Assembly: GCA_013265495.1 (NCBI GenBank)
Contig: MU060707.1
Coordinates: forward strand, 2,023,247-2,087,246
Length of the DNA: 64,000 nucleotides
From: Vicugna vicugna
Taxonomy: Eukaryota
Reading direction: 5' to 3'
The position numbers and the translations under genes are program-made. The notes below the pieces were generated by a model. It made no database searches, was not told the origin of the DNA, and saw only the letters and a list, made by a program, of their open reading frames with translations. This document shows positions 1-12,665 of this stretch, piece after piece. The first letter of the stretch is position 1. The number at the start of each line of letters is the position of its first letter.

Positions 1-449
1 GACAACATAATGCCATTTGCAGCAACATGGATGCTCCTGGAGAATGTCATTCTAAGTGAAGTAAGCCAGAAAGAGAAAGAAAAATACCATATGAGATCGC
101 TCATATGTGGAATCTAAAAAACAAAAACAAACAAACAAACAAAAACAAAGAATAAATACAGGACAGAAATAGACTCAAGGACAGAGAATACAAACTTGTG
201 GTTACCAGGGGGGTAGAGGGTGGGAAGGGATAGACTGGGATTTCAAAATTGTAGAATAGATAAACAAGATTACACTGTATAGCACAGGGAAATATACACA
301 AAATGTTATGATAAATCACAGAGAAAAAAATGTGACAATGAGTGTGTATATGTCCATGAATGACTGAAAAATTGTGCTGAACACTGGAATTTGACACAAC
401 ATTGTGAAATGATTATAAATCAATAAAAAATGTTAAAAAAATTAAAATA
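1..449 (+). mobile_element. LINE-1 3' end (ORF2 C-terminus, 3' UTR, A-rich tail), young camelid-type; truncated by the window edge
   Basis: Frame 1 reads DNIMPFAATWMLLENVILSEVSQKEKEKYHMRSLICGI-stop (1-117); AATAAA at 422 and an A-rich tail to about 449. Confidence 0.92.
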
Positions 450-1404
450 AATGGAGGGGGAATAAAGCGAGGAGAATCCATGGGTTCCTCTGAATTAGGT
501 GACAGGACCTTCCTCCCAGACAGATGCATATGGAGTCTGAGATCCCCTTGACCTTGGAGCCCCAGCTGCCGGCCCTGCTGCACTCTCTGAGGCTGTGCAC
601 GCAGAGGCTGACCCTCTGTCCCGAAGCAGCAAAGATGCTTGCTGGGCTCATGGCAAGTCCCCAGGGCCACCACCTTGCAGCGAGGAGAGGGGCCGCTGAG
701 TGGCTTTCCCAAAGAGAGGGACCCCAGCTGTGAGCATCCGGTCTTGGGCACTCCCTCATTCACCCTCTGCCCAGCCAGTGAACGGTCACTTCTGTGGCTT
801 TGTGACAACCCTAAGGGTGGAGAACCAATAGAGAATTTGGGAGGGAGATCCACAGACATCCGCCAACTAACAGCTGGCACCGCCATCTGCCTCTGCGAGG
901 GATACGTCACGAGTCGCTGCAGCCACAGGAGGGAGCTCAGGGTGGAGGTCAGGAGGGAGGTGCTCTGTGTTCTGGGAAAACTGGCAGAACAGGCCTTCAG
1001 ACAGAGATTTTCAGGAGGAGGTTTTATGAGCCCGGATTCTTGCGTCGAGAAAAGCCCCGCAGCCGTTGCCGTGTGCAGCTCGTGGCTCGCAGCCTGCCTC
1101 CGTGTAAGCGTGCTTGGCGGCAGCGCCCGGTCACTGAAACCGCGTGTAGTAGCGGCCCTCCTTGCTCCGTCTTCGCAGCCGTTCTCCGGGGCGATCTGAG
1201 AGGCTGTCTCCCGGGCTGCCGTCCTCGTTTTGCCCCCAGTAAACCTGAACTCCAGCTGTCACGTTGTCATGTGTTTCCGGTCGGCACTTCCAAGAACCTG
1301 TGCTTGTTTGTTTTCCGCCCAGCCTGGTTGTTCCTCTCCCAGAGCTGGGACTAGGGTGAGGCGAGCGAGCCTCTGTCCTGGGAGCAAATGACTGAAAACC
1401 GCAG

Positions 1405-1505
1405 TCATCAAGATAAATAATACTTAATGCAATATTTCTAAAAAGTCAAAATGAATGCAAAAAGCCCATGATGCACGAATTATCAGCATTTTCAAGAAAG
1501 ACAGG
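1405..1505. mobile_element. Possible hAT DNA transposon fragment
   Basis: taatacttaatgcaatatttctaaaaagtcaaaatgaatgcaaaaagcccatgatg resembles a recalled hAT-Tip100-class internal segment. Confidence 0.3.
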
Positions 1506-3346
1506 AGCTGGTTGGGGGTGAGCGGGAGGCGAGTGAGGTGAGTCTTACAGGTGTGGGGTCAGATCCTGAGACAAGGTTTTCCACCCACGTTCTCTGAAAA
1601 GCAGCCTTTGGCACCCGGTGGCCACTCTCCCTGCTTTCATTCTTCTTCCTAAACCTTTATTACCCTCTGTCATTCCCTCACGTGTTTGTTTATTTATGGA
1701 GTGTGTGTGAGGGGCGATGCATTTCAAAAAATGAGGCCAGATGAGGGCATGCAGCCAGGCCAAGGAGCAAATCCTTCCTCTCTGCTGCGCATCCTTCCCC
1801 TAGACTGGATGCCAGTAAAGGAGTGCCGTGTCAGAATAAACGCAGCGTGTGGTTTTAAGTCTCTTGATGTCTGTCAGTGTTTCACATCAATATTTCAGCT
1901 AAGGATGTGAAGAGTATCTCCTCTCTCCAGAGGGGGTCTTGGATGCCACTTACCGAGCGCCCTCAGCCACGTGCGGTGAGAGCTTCTGGAAAGGCTGGGC
2001 GGCAGGTGGGCAAATGAGGAGGTGAGTCAACAGACGACTGTCCAGCAGTGGCCAGCAGCCAGGGGCATGGGGTAGGGGGACCTGGGAGCCGTGCAAAGGT
2101 GTTTCCACGAAGAAGACCCTTCCTCCTCCTCCACCTCATCAAGCGCCCTGCTGCTCCAGCTGAACAACCTGTCAGGCTTCTTCTCCCACATCCAGGTGAC
2201 CCCATCTCAGAGGATGTCTCTACCTGGGTTTCACCTCCCTGCTGCCACTCTCCCGAGCCCCAACCTCATCCTGCCCCACCTGGACATCAGCCTGCTGCCT
2301 GGCTTCCCCATCAGAAGCATCCAGCCTCCTATTCAATTCTCTGCAGTCTCCTCCAGGGTGGTTTTTCATGTGCTGCGGAATCGAAGCACCCATGATCTCT
2401 CCTTTTGGGGGTGCCAGCCCCTCAGATCCTCTGCTTCTCGCTGTGACTATCGGTTGCTGGCTTTCTGATGCCAAGACGAAGATCAACACACTCAGCCCTT
2501 CCATCCCTGGTATCTGGTGACACACCTGCTAGGGCTTTTATCAGAACCGAAAACCGGACGAATTGTTCCAAATTCAGACCTTCTCTTTTCTTGGCTCCCA
2601 AGCAAGCCAAAAGGGAGAGAGAAATGCAGTGAGACTGGGTGACGGGAGCCACTGGAGAAGAGGGTAGCCCAAAGGGCGGTGGAACTTGCAGGTGTCTGAA
2701 CAGTTTGAATAAACACCGTTAGCGACGTGCCATTTTCTTTTAGGCCAAAAGTAGGGTTGTCCTTTCGTAAATACTCCCAGGCGAGTGACTGTGATGGATG
2801 GATGCTGTGGTTGTAATAAGTGTACTCATTTTACTCAGCGGGTGCTGCCAAGGCACTTGGTAAATAAAACAATGTTTATAAACCATCCATTAAAAAGTCA
2901 GAAAGAAATCTGGGGAGATGTTCACATCAGTTTCCAGGAACTTCAGGTGAAGAGTTCTGAATGAAGAAAGCTTACCATGAGCACTGTGACATGTTTTCCC
3001 TTTTCAATCACAATTAACACATCCTGTGTCGCTGGCTCCCAGAATGGTATTTAATTTATGGCTCAGAAGATTTGAGCTTGTGACTTCCATCATCATTTGT
3101 CTTTCGAACTATTTCAAATAGGAAAATGTTGCTGTCTCAGAATCTTCCAGTTCCAAGTGGTTCCACACTGAACCTGCCTCATTGACCCCCTCTGAACTTT
3201 CCGGTATCCCAACATCCCAGCAAGTGACTCAGCCAGGTAGGGAGAAAGAACTGCCTTGTTTTTTTTCTTTTAACCATATCTTTTCATGCATCCTGTTATT
3301 TTATTTTCAGAGCAGTATGATGAGCTATCAAGTTCAGGATTTACAC

Positions 3347-3727
3347 TTTCATGAGTTGAACTGTGTTCCCTGTGCCAGAAAGATATGCTGAGTTCCTAAG
3401 CCTTGGTACCTGTGAATGTGACCTTAATTGGAAATAAAGTCTTTGCAGATGTAATCAGGCTAAGATACAGTCATTAGGTGGCCCTAATCCAATATGACGG
3501 GGGTCCTTTTAAGAAGAAGAGACAGACACACATAGGGAGAAGGCAACTGATGCCAAGGATCACAGGCACCACCGGAAGCTGGAGAGGCGGGAAAGGATTC
3601 TCCCCAGAGTCTCTGCAGAGGGAGCCTGGCTCTGCTGATGCCTTGATCTCAGACACTAGCCTCCAGAACTGGGAGGGAATAGATTTCTGTTGTGCTGTCT
3701 TTGTTAGGGCAGCCGTGGGACACCATC
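3347..3727 (+). mobile_element. MaLR LTR (MLT1B/C-like)
   Basis: gaatgtgaccttaattggaaataaagtctttgcagatgtaat ... ctccagaactgggagggaatagatttctgttg. Confidence 0.85.
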
Positions 3728-4199
3728 TAGTCTCCTTTCAGCTTGCTCTTTTTGTGACTATTGTGGTTCACTGGTCCCTTCAGCTTCTCCCCAGTCCCCC
3801 AGCCCTCCTCTTCTTCCCAGTCCCCTCATCTCAGTCAGATTCCAGGTGTTAACATATCCTAAACTCTTCTCCTCCCATTCCTTCTTCACAGCTTTGGGCC
3901 AGCAGCATCTGTGGCTTCCATCACTAAACACAGGGTACCATATTCACATGGGCACCACGCTGCTGGCATCTCACTCTCCACCAAGTGTTTTTCAAGTGTC
4001 CTCTAACCTCACCATCTACTCATCGCTCTCAGGAGATGCCTGCGGTGGATGCATTGATGTCCCACCTGTAGTCCCTTCAGTAGCCCATGCACCCGTCCCC
4101 TAGCTGCTATCAGTGTGACCGATAAAACCTCACCGCTGCTTCCTTCTCCAAAGAACTTTCTTCAACCAACAGGAGCATCCTGCCTGGCAGACCACCAAC

Positions 4200-4555
4200 C
4201 CCCAGACCCAGCGGATGATTGTATGATACTCAGGTACAAACAGCAGGTGACTTTGCTTGAAGGTGGAAGAGCAGGTGGATATACAGTAGTGATTCCCTCA
4301 TTTAATGCCCCAAGATGTTACCCAAGAAACCATATACTGGGAAAAAGTGACAGTTATACATTTCAAGGGCTGTTGGATACGGCATCTGTGTTGACGCTGA
4401 TATCCAGGGACCCAAAGCATTGTTAAGCCCCCTCCACCATTAACATAAGCCATATGAGAATCAGGTAGGCAATGTAGTTCTGGCTCAGGTATGTCACACA
4501 GGGGGTGCAGTGAGTCAACAGAGCCACCTGTGGTCATTTCCTTGATCCTCAATGT
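4200..4555 (+). mobile_element. Degenerate ERVL gag-end/protease fragment
   Basis: Reads LGKSDSYTFQGLLDTASVLTLISRDPKHC, then frameshifted YENQVGNVVLAQVCHT. This parallels the HERV-L protease as I recall it (WGKGNNQTFRGLLDTGSELTLIPGDPK...YGGQVINGVLAQV). Confidence 0.8.
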
Positions 4556-4560
4556 TTTTA

Positions 4561-4800
4561 GCTTTGAAGATGAGGAAGGGCCCGTGAGCCAAGGAGTGCA
4601 GGCAGTCCTGAGAAGCTGTAAGAGGCAAGCAAGGGACCGTCCCCTAGAGCCTCCAGAAAGGCACGCACCCTACTGACACCTTGATTTTGGCCCCAAGACA
4701 CCGGTGTCAGATTTCTGACCTCTGGAAATATAAGACAATAAGTTGGCATTTAAGCCACTGAGTTTGTGGTAATTTATTACAGCAGCCACAGGAAATATAG
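4561..4800 (+). mobile_element. MaLR LTR 3' half (MLT1D-like)
   Basis: gctttgaagatgaggaagggcccgtgagccaagg ... cactgagtttgtggtaatttattacagcagccacaggaaat. Confidence 0.85.
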
Positions 4801-5989
4801 TCCTTGTAACTATTTGCTGAATGAATTAATGAATAAACGAATGAGAGAAGACGATCTGAAGTCCCTCTGCTGGCTGGTCCCTATGATTCCTCTGGGTCGG
4901 TTTAGGGCTGGGTGCCCAGCATGGGCCCGGCTGCACCAGCGCGGTCTGAAGGAGTGAGCAACTCCCCTCCCCGCTCTGTGTCTGCCTCTCAGACTCCCAG
5001 GGGACTCACGAGCTTGCTGAAAGGCACCCGTGTGGCGCTTGGCTCGGGTGGAACTGGCTAGAGATGAAAATGCTTCACGGGACACACCTGCCCTCCAACC
5101 ACGCGCTGTCTGACCTGTGCCTTCCGTCACAGGAGTGTTTGTTTCCCTGAAGTTAAGGCACATTCGTCTCAACTCAGCCCTCCCTTTCTGTTTTTTTGTT
5201 TGTTTGTTTCTAACATCATCCTGGACACACTCTGGGCTGTAAGACGTGCAAAGAACATCTGGAGTTTTTAAAGGATGTGCAATCTTTTTCACTGACGTCC
5301 CTGTGTCATCCCACTGGGTTCACGCTACCACCTCCAGTGTTTTAATGTCCTCGCTCAACAGATGACGGAACTGAACCGTCATTTACTTGTTTATTAGCTC
5401 CTTTTTTCCCTCACTTACTCATGAACCCCTTAATAAACACTGCTGAGGGCTGACTGCCTGCACTTGACCTTGTGTTCAGAACATCGCACACTCCTGCTGC
5501 TGCCTGGATGTATCCCAAGTTCTGAGGAGGGAAAACATGAAACCATGCACCTCTTACCATCAGTGCGAAAGCTCATCCTTGGTGGAGAGAAGACTGGAAC
5601 TCTGGCATCCTAGCCCTCCCCACTGAGCACCCCCAAACACAAGACAGCTACTTACCACCTCTTGTCTCGCACTAGGACGTGGTGCCAGAACTCCCAGAAA
5701 GAGACCTTCTCAGTTCATGGTCACTTAGGAGCACAATTCAAGCCACACACCAGCCGGTGAAGCTCCCGCGGCGGGACGTTCTGTCCTACCTCCCAGGAGG
5801 AGCTGGCCTCTTGAGAAGTTCCCATGTGCTTCAGGCTTTACGGCCTGTTTTTCCAGTCTGTCCACTAGAGTCCCGCTGCCGTGTTAGGGCTCCTTCCGGA
5901 TTTGAGTGTAATCCTCCTCCCTCCACGGTGGTGAGAAGTTAATTCCTTTATGACGAACCCAGGGTCTCTCAGCCTAGCCACAATTGCCT

Positions 5990-6175
5990 TTTACACTGGA
6001 AAACTCTGTGCATCGTGGCACGGTTAACAGCGTCCCTGGCCCCTCTGCTCACTCGATGCCACTGGCCACTTTGCACACCCATCCCCGACTCCAACCCCTC
6101 TCCCCCAACCCCATTATAACCAAAAATGTCTCCAGACACTGCTCAGTGTCTCCCGAGGGCCAAAATCACCCCAGG
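5990..6175 (-). mobile_element. MER20 hAT MITE
   Basis: cagcgtccctggcccctct...ccaaaaatgtctccagacact...caaaatcacccc. Confidence 0.8.
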
Positions 6176-6951
6176 GCTATGCCCATCTCTGCGCCTCTAT
6201 CTCTGTTGGACCAGGTGATCCGTATTCTCCCTTAGACTGAAAATCCTGCTTCTGTAACACTCATTCTCTAGTCATAGTTTCCCAAAGAAGAACGGGAGTG
6301 AGATGTTTTATTTATGACTGTATTGAACAGGAGGTCAGTTTTCCCAATGGCCATGCATTGAGGTTCTCCAGTACAACAGAACCACAGGAGGACTCAGCTC
6401 ATGTGATTTGTGCAGGTGTAAGTCCACAGTCCACAGGGCAGGCTGGCGGGCTGGAGCCCCAGACAGACTTGCAGTCCACGTCCCAAGGCAGCCCACTGCT
6501 GAATTCCCTCTTGCTCCAAGGAGGTCAGTCTTCTGTTTCTCAAGGCCCACCTGCAATATGGAGGGTAAGGCTTTGCCCAAAGTCTGAGGATTTCAGTGTT
6601 AATCTCACCCAACAAACACCTTAGAAGAAACATCCAGAATAACGTTTGACTGAATATCTGGGCGCTGTGGCCCAACCTAGTGGACACACAGAATGAGTCA
6701 CATCAGGCAGTGATGGGTGAATTCGCTCATGGCAAAGAGAGGGACGATGCCCTTGAGCGCACCTGGAATTTAGGGCCAGGCTTCCATGGTTATGCCTGAA
6801 AGGTCAGTGTTATAGGAGCCATCGGTGGTTCCCAGCCCTGGTCATTACAATTGCCTGGGGAGGCTTGAAATATGCAGGTGTCAGATCTACCTTTGGGAGT
6901 CCAATCCAGTTGGTCTGAGGCTGGGCTCAGCCATCAGTGTGCTGTCAGAGC

Positions 6952-7030
6952 GGGTAGGGATGTAGCTCAGTGGTAGGGCATGTTCTTGGTAGCACAAGGT
7001 CCTGGGTTCCATCCTCAGTGCCTCTGTTAA
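6952..7030 (+). mobile_element. tRNA-derived camelid SINE (Vic-1-like)
   Basis: gggtagggatgtagctcagtggtag (A box) ... gtcctgggttccatcctcagt (B box); no tRNA acceptor stem. Confidence 0.8.
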
Positions 7031-7384
7031 GGGAAAAGATAAAGGGACCCTCAGATATTCCCAGTGCACAGACAGGGTTGGAAGCCTCTGGGCTGAATGA
7101 ACTCTGACCCTTCCCCCAGGACCAACAAGGTGTGTCGGGTTTGAATCCCACTTCCCTTCGAGGGAATTATGAGATGCTGGGACAGCCGTTGTACCTCCCT
7201 GAGGCTGCTGGTTATGTTAGGAGATACTTGGAAAGCACCCAGCACAGTCTCAGGAGACATAGCAGGTGTCATACGTCAGCACACGTCTGCTCCACCACCC
7301 AGCTCGAGCTTAACAACCTGGCTGCCCCGCTCTGTCACTTTTGGCTAAGTTCCTGTTAAAATATAATAATAACCATGCTTTCTC

Positions 7385-8210
7385 TAACACGGATCAAGTT
7401 TTGAGACAGATGCTGTGCTCCCAGTAGGCATTATCTAACCCTCACAATAGTCGTATGAAGAAGATTCGGTGGTGGTTCTGTTAGAGCAGGCAGACAGCTA
7501 GATGTGAGCAGAGAAAGGGGGCTCAGGCCAAACGGCAGGAACTGGGCAGAAAGGAGGGGCACGGGCTGAATGCAGGAAACCATGCGTCATGTAAACAATA
7601 GGGGTCGCTGGGCAGAGAAAGAGAAGCAGGAAGCTCTGGGCTGATAAGCGGTCACACATTTTGGGGGGTGACAAGCAGTCTGAGGCCAATAAAGAAAGGT
7701 TGGAAAAGGCAGGAATCTCCGGTGTCTGAGTGTAATCTTTTGCTCATTATGCCCTCATTTTGATAAAATAAGCCTTGCAGATTAGAAGCACCCATCATGC
7801 ACTCATGCCGTGACACTTCCGATCCAGACTAAATAAGGACAAAAATCCCTCCTCCTTTCGGAAAGGAACAGTTGGGATGAAAATCAGGAAATACAACCCC
7901 AAACCCTTCCCTCCCCAGTGAGTATTCTGCCCAATCGTTTTGACACTCTGTGTAACCAACTTGCAAAGAAACACCGGGCAGCTGCTCACCGGGTCTGCCC
8001 GCTCTCCCCTTGAGAGTGTACTGTACATCCCTTCATAAATCCCCACTTCACTTTCTTAACCTAAGAGTCTCATCTCTGAATTCTTTCTGCGATGGGACAA
8101 GAACCTAGTCACCAGCAACAGTACCAGGTTCAAATGAGGAAAATGAGGCACAGAGAGTTTAGGCCATTTTCCCAAGGTGGAAGCAAACCATCTGAGATTT
8201 ATCTGACTCA
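7385..8210 (-). mobile_element. MIR split in two (about 7385-7478 and 8121-8210) by an LTR insertion
   Basis: atctaaccctcacaatagtcgtatgaag | LTR | aaatgaggaaaatgaggcacagagagtttaggccattttcccaaggt is contiguous MIR once the LTR is removed. Confidence 0.65.
7479..8120 (+). mobile_element. Solo ERV LTR (ERV1-like), long variant, 642 bp
   Basis: Termini TGTTAGAGCAGG...CCAGCAACA; 4-bp flanks GTTC/GTAC; a second family member lies at 60848-61131. Confidence 0.85.
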
Positions 8211-8324
8211 GCAGGTTAAAGCTTTTAAGGAACTTGCCCCAGGAGGTGTAAATCAGGGTTACGGCCACAGGGAAGAAGGAAACAAACAAAAGTGCCACAG
8301 TGTCCACATGCTGCCACTGTGTAC

Positions 8325-8640
8325 CTAGAAAACCTAAGCAAATAGAAATAAAAATTCTTAGAATTAATTTGGGAATTTTGCAAAGGCAAAATTATTAATT
8401 ATTTAATTAATTAGCAGAAATCATCTATGAAAATCACAATAGGAACAAAACATGGAATACCTAGGGATCAGTTTGGTAAGAAAGATGAGTTCCGTGAATG
8501 ACTACAACTATCAAACTATATTAAGGGGTATTAAAGAAGGTTGATTCGACCTTTGGAAGGAGATGGTCTGGGCAGATGGTAAACAGCATAAAAATGTCAA
8601 TTCTTTGCAGATTGGTTATAGGTTAAACCTATTCCTTTCT
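8325..8640 (+). mobile_element. Old L1 ORF2 fragment
   Basis: ctagaaaacctaag...aatacctagggatcagtt...aaaatgtcaattctttgcagattggttatagg. Confidence 0.65.
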
Positions 8641-10387
8641 TTTTTTGAGTCAAAATGAAGTATTGAGGTATAATTTCTGCAATTCAAAGATTTCAGAGTG
8701 CAATCCATAAAGTGCCTTCTGAACTCACGATGAATTCCAGTATCTCAGAAATAAAGAGTGAGTCCTCCGGGGCACTTGAGTGAGTTCCAGGTTTCATTTC
8801 AGACACGGCCGCCTAAGCAGAGAGATTCCTTCTGTTTGGCTGTGCATGGGCACACTCAGATCCAAACCAATTTATGTAAAACAAAAATTGCTACACAGTT
8901 TAAAAAATTTTTAATTGTGAAATATACTATAGGTTTAGAAATATCTTTACTATATAATATATACACACATACATATATATAGTTTTTTTAAATAATTGAA
9001 TGAACACCCGTGAGGCCACCTGGGCAGACTCTTAAGGAAGCCCTATGATCTGGGTTTTGTGTCCTTGTGTGACCCATTGCCTTGAGTTTGGTAGAACCTA
9101 TAACCTGCTTCTAGATATATGAGATACAGCAAAATATAAAACAGCTTCCTAATTTATCAGGAGCTCACCCCGACACTCCCAAGACTAAGAAATGCATATA
9201 TGGCAAAACAGAAACAATAAATAGATTAAAAATGATCAGCCTTGTTAATGCCAGTTGAATTGCGGTGCTGTATCGGCCAAGTGTGATTTGGAGCTCGGAT
9301 GAGTCATGGCATCCACAGTCGAGTGGAATGAGACAGGTACATGCTCACTGTGGAGAGGAACGCAAGTCAGTAGAATGTGGCTGGAGAGCAGTCTGGCAAA
9401 ACAGTCCCTATGTCTTAAAAGCATGCATAGGCTTTGTTGGGGTTATTCATTTTTAATAACCTGTCCAAAGGCAGCCATCCTCGAGGCAATGGCTGATGTT
9501 AAAACATGTGTATCAAGATGTTTGGTTGGGCCAACACTGGAAATCTGAAACCAGCCCCAAACACGGAGGGCAGGGAGAGACCCAAGAAAAAAGCAGACCA
9601 GATTGGTAGGTGGCAGGTTCAATGAGCAAGAAAACTTACGAGGCATCTCTTCCAACAATTACGGGAATGATTACATAAATTACGCTCTATCCATCCACTT
9701 GTTGAATAAGATGCAGATATTGAGATGATGTTTTCTTGTAGCTTTTAATGACAAAGATAAACTCTTCTGGCTGTAAGTTAAAATGAGCGGAAGACTGGGA
9801 TCCTTAGCAGCCTCTTCCTGCCAAACAACAGCCGTTCTTCAGCGGAGCTGGAGCGATCGGGGTTAAACCCTAGTGGCACCGCCTATTTGCGCTGATCCTT
9901 CTGAGCCTCAGGTGCGCTCCTACTTTGTTTTTAGAATCCGATGATATCACAGAAGCAAAACAGCCTTGCCTATTCTAGACACTCAACGAGTGTCACCTGC
10001 CTCCTTTTTCAGTTAATAATGCTGAACACGCGGATTACGACCCAGGGAAAGAAGATGGAACCAAAAATCGTTTACAGACTGATCACAAGTTTAAAATACC
10101 TATTTGTCCACTTAGAGTTAGAAAGATAGAAAGAGTTGGTTTTAATTTTTAATTAAAAAAAAAAGCAGAGAAGACTTATCTGTTTGTATTTTCACGAGAG
10201 CGAGGCTTCTGTCTGGGATAGAGGCCGTGACAATCTTGTTCACATGATCCCAGCACCCGACCTTAACAGATGAGAGAACTCACATCAATCTTACTCCCTA
10301 GTGACAGTAAAAATCTTGTTGTGCTCCAACCCAGATGGGAAGTGGGGTGTGGTATGTTCTGGGGGATGACAATGGCCCCTCCCTTAT

Positions 10388-10520
10388 CATCCACACCGCC
10401 TACATCACTGGTGGTCAACCTTCAGTGCGCACCACCGACATTGGGGTTGCAAAATGCAGATTCCTTGGCGCCTGTAATGAGATTCTGATTTGGTAGGTCT
10501 GGAATGAGGCTGGAAATGTG
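10388..10520. mobile_element. MER5A-like hAT MITE fragment
   Basis: aaaatgcagattccttgg...gagattctgatttggtaggtctggaatgaggc. Confidence 0.6.
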
Positions 10521-10669
10521 TGTGTGTGAAATATGTAGCAACGTTTGTAAATCGTAAGCACAGGGCTCAGTGCATATTTACATATCTACACATATGTGGT
10601 CTGTCTGTCTACCATAGTATGCCACTTACCTGGTGCTCTCCATATAGGTACATAGCTATGTGTTTTCCA

Positions 10670-11180
10670 CATACATATATACCTGCATAACCTCTATTCA
10701 GATCAGGATACAGAGCAGTCCCAACACCCCAAACGCCCTTTCCTAACCAGTAACTGCCGCTCCACTCCACCTCCGATGGCAGATCACCAGTATTCTAACT
10801 TCTGTTGACACAGATTAGCCTGCGCTGAAACTTCCTATGAAGGGAACCACATGGTACTCTTCTGTGTCTAGGTTATCCTGTTCAGCATCATGTGTGTGAG
10901 AAGAATCCCGCGCTGTTGTCTGTGTCAGGAGTTCATTGACTTCTATTGTTGAATGTGGATAAACCACAATTTATTCCCCTGTTCTCCTGCTGAGGGGCAG
11001 CTGCGTGGATCCCAGTTTGGGGCGTTTGTGAACAGCGCTGCTCAACTGTCCTAATCCAGTCTTTTGTGGAACACACATGCTCTGTGCTCTTGTCTACACT
11101 TAGGAGTGGGGTTGAGAGACTCGAGGGTGAGTTTGGGTTTAATTCTGGGAGACACTGCCACACAGTGGAATCCACAATTT
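10670..11180 (-). mobile_element. Old L1M 3' end
   Basis: tcttctgtgtctaggttatcctgttcagcatcatg...accacaatttattc...ccagtttggggcgtttgtgaacagcgctgct. Confidence 0.75.
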
Positions 11181-12469
11181 TATCTGGTATTGTTGATGCG
11201 GCTGGTCTTGGACCACACTTTGAGAAATACTGTTTCTCTGAAAGCCCGATTTTGCAAACAAACATATGCCCTTCATCTCCCCTTTCCTCGGGGCACAAGG
11301 TGGGATGAGCTTGCTGACACTGAGACACCAGCTAGGTGATCTGGGGAACAGGTGAGAATGAGAAATTAAATGAATACCATCCCTGAGCATCACTTTGGGA
11401 CAAATCTTTGCCATTTACTCTTTTGCCTGTTGGAAAGAAGCTGAGAACAGGGAAACTTTGATAAGTTGGGAAGGTGAGAAGCCAGGTCCCTGTGCCTCAC
11501 CAGCCAAGCCCTCTCCCACCCCAACCATGAACCTGAATAGTGTCCATTCATCTGCCGGTAAAAAGGCATCTGCTGGGGACCTCGAGTTATCCCTGTGGGG
11601 AGCGACTGACTGTCTTCTGTCATCTTAAACGAGATCATTGCACAGGCGTTTCCTCAGTCCTGGCGGCCAGCCCCTGCTCTTAACAAAGGCATGGCTTGCA
11701 GGTGATGAAAGAGAAGGCGTTCCTCCTGCTGGGCTCAGTGGGTTTGACGACAAATACCAACCATCCTCTTCACGTGACTCTGGCTGTTTTAACATAGACC
11801 CAGGCAGCCCCTCCGAGGTCAGAAAGCCAGGAACCAAGGCATCCTGCTGGCAGAGTGTGGAAGGAGGGCCATCCTGGTGAGTTGACCATGCTTGGCTTCC
11901 TTGGTCCCTCCGCCTGTTCCTTCTCTCCGTTTTCCTTCCCTGTTCCCGTGTTTCCCGCGGGTTGGCTCTGTGATCGCAAGCTGCTCTCTGCTGTTCTTAG
12001 CACAGCACTCCAACCAGGGACTCAGGCACCAGAGCAGTAGGCTGGCTCCCGAAATGGGAAAAGGGCTTCCACGTGGAGTCGGTGAGAAAGGAACTAGGCT
12101 CTGTACATCCGGGATCTCATGAAGCCGGAAGAGGGAGTTGGAATCCTCCCCACCCCCATCCCAACTGGATCTGATGTCCTCCACCATCACCCTCCTGCCC
12201 TGAAATCCCTGGTCTAAACTCCCCTCCAACAAACTGTAAGTGCCGCGAAACAAGACAAACCACGTCTGTCTTACCTCACGGCTGTGTGTGTTACCTGGAA
12301 CATAACAGACGACCAGTGATTATTTACTTGAATAAATGTGTGAGCAAATGATTGAGTGGACTTTGAATTAATGAATGAATGAAGTGAAGAAACCATGTGA
12401 TTCGTATTCTTTTTAAGATCACAGAGTTGTAAAGCTCTTCTACGTAAGAACAACATCCTAGCTCTTTCA

Positions 12470-12665
12470 AAGTACAAAAGGGACTCTCTTGTCCGAATTG
12501 GCCATGTCTGGAGATATTTTTAGTTGTCACAACTGGGGCAGGGACGGCTACCGGCATCTGGTGTGTCGAGGCTAGGGCCACTGCCAAGCGTCCTGAAATG
12601 CACAGAATAGTTCACAGCAACAAGGACTTGCCCTGTCCCAGTGGTTAATGGTGCCGAGGCTGACG
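12470..12665 (+). mobile_element. MER20 hAT MITE
   Basis: atgtctggagatatttttagttgtcacaactgggg...ggcatctggtgtgtcgaggctaggg...aatggtgccgaggctga. Confidence 0.85.

Noticed and set aside
413-910. 165-aa minus-strand ORF as possible ERV gag
   Set aside because: No MA/CA/zinc-knuckle motifs, and its C-terminus is just the antisense of the L1 A-tail.
1963-2525. Overlapping minus-strand ORFs as possible SLC2A9 coding exons
   Set aside because: No similarity to the GLUT9a (MARKQNRNS...) or GLUT9b (MKLSKKDR...) N-termini as I recall them; the frames are interrupted.
3422-3431. Perfect CArG box CCTTAATTGG
   Set aside because: Lies inside an MLT1 LTR whose consensus already carries a CArG-like 10-mer; no independent support.
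6952-7030. tRNA-like sequence (also at 13115 and 17361)
   Set aside because: A/B boxes are present, but there is no acceptor stem or full cloverleaf and they have SINE tails. These are SINEs, not tRNA genes.
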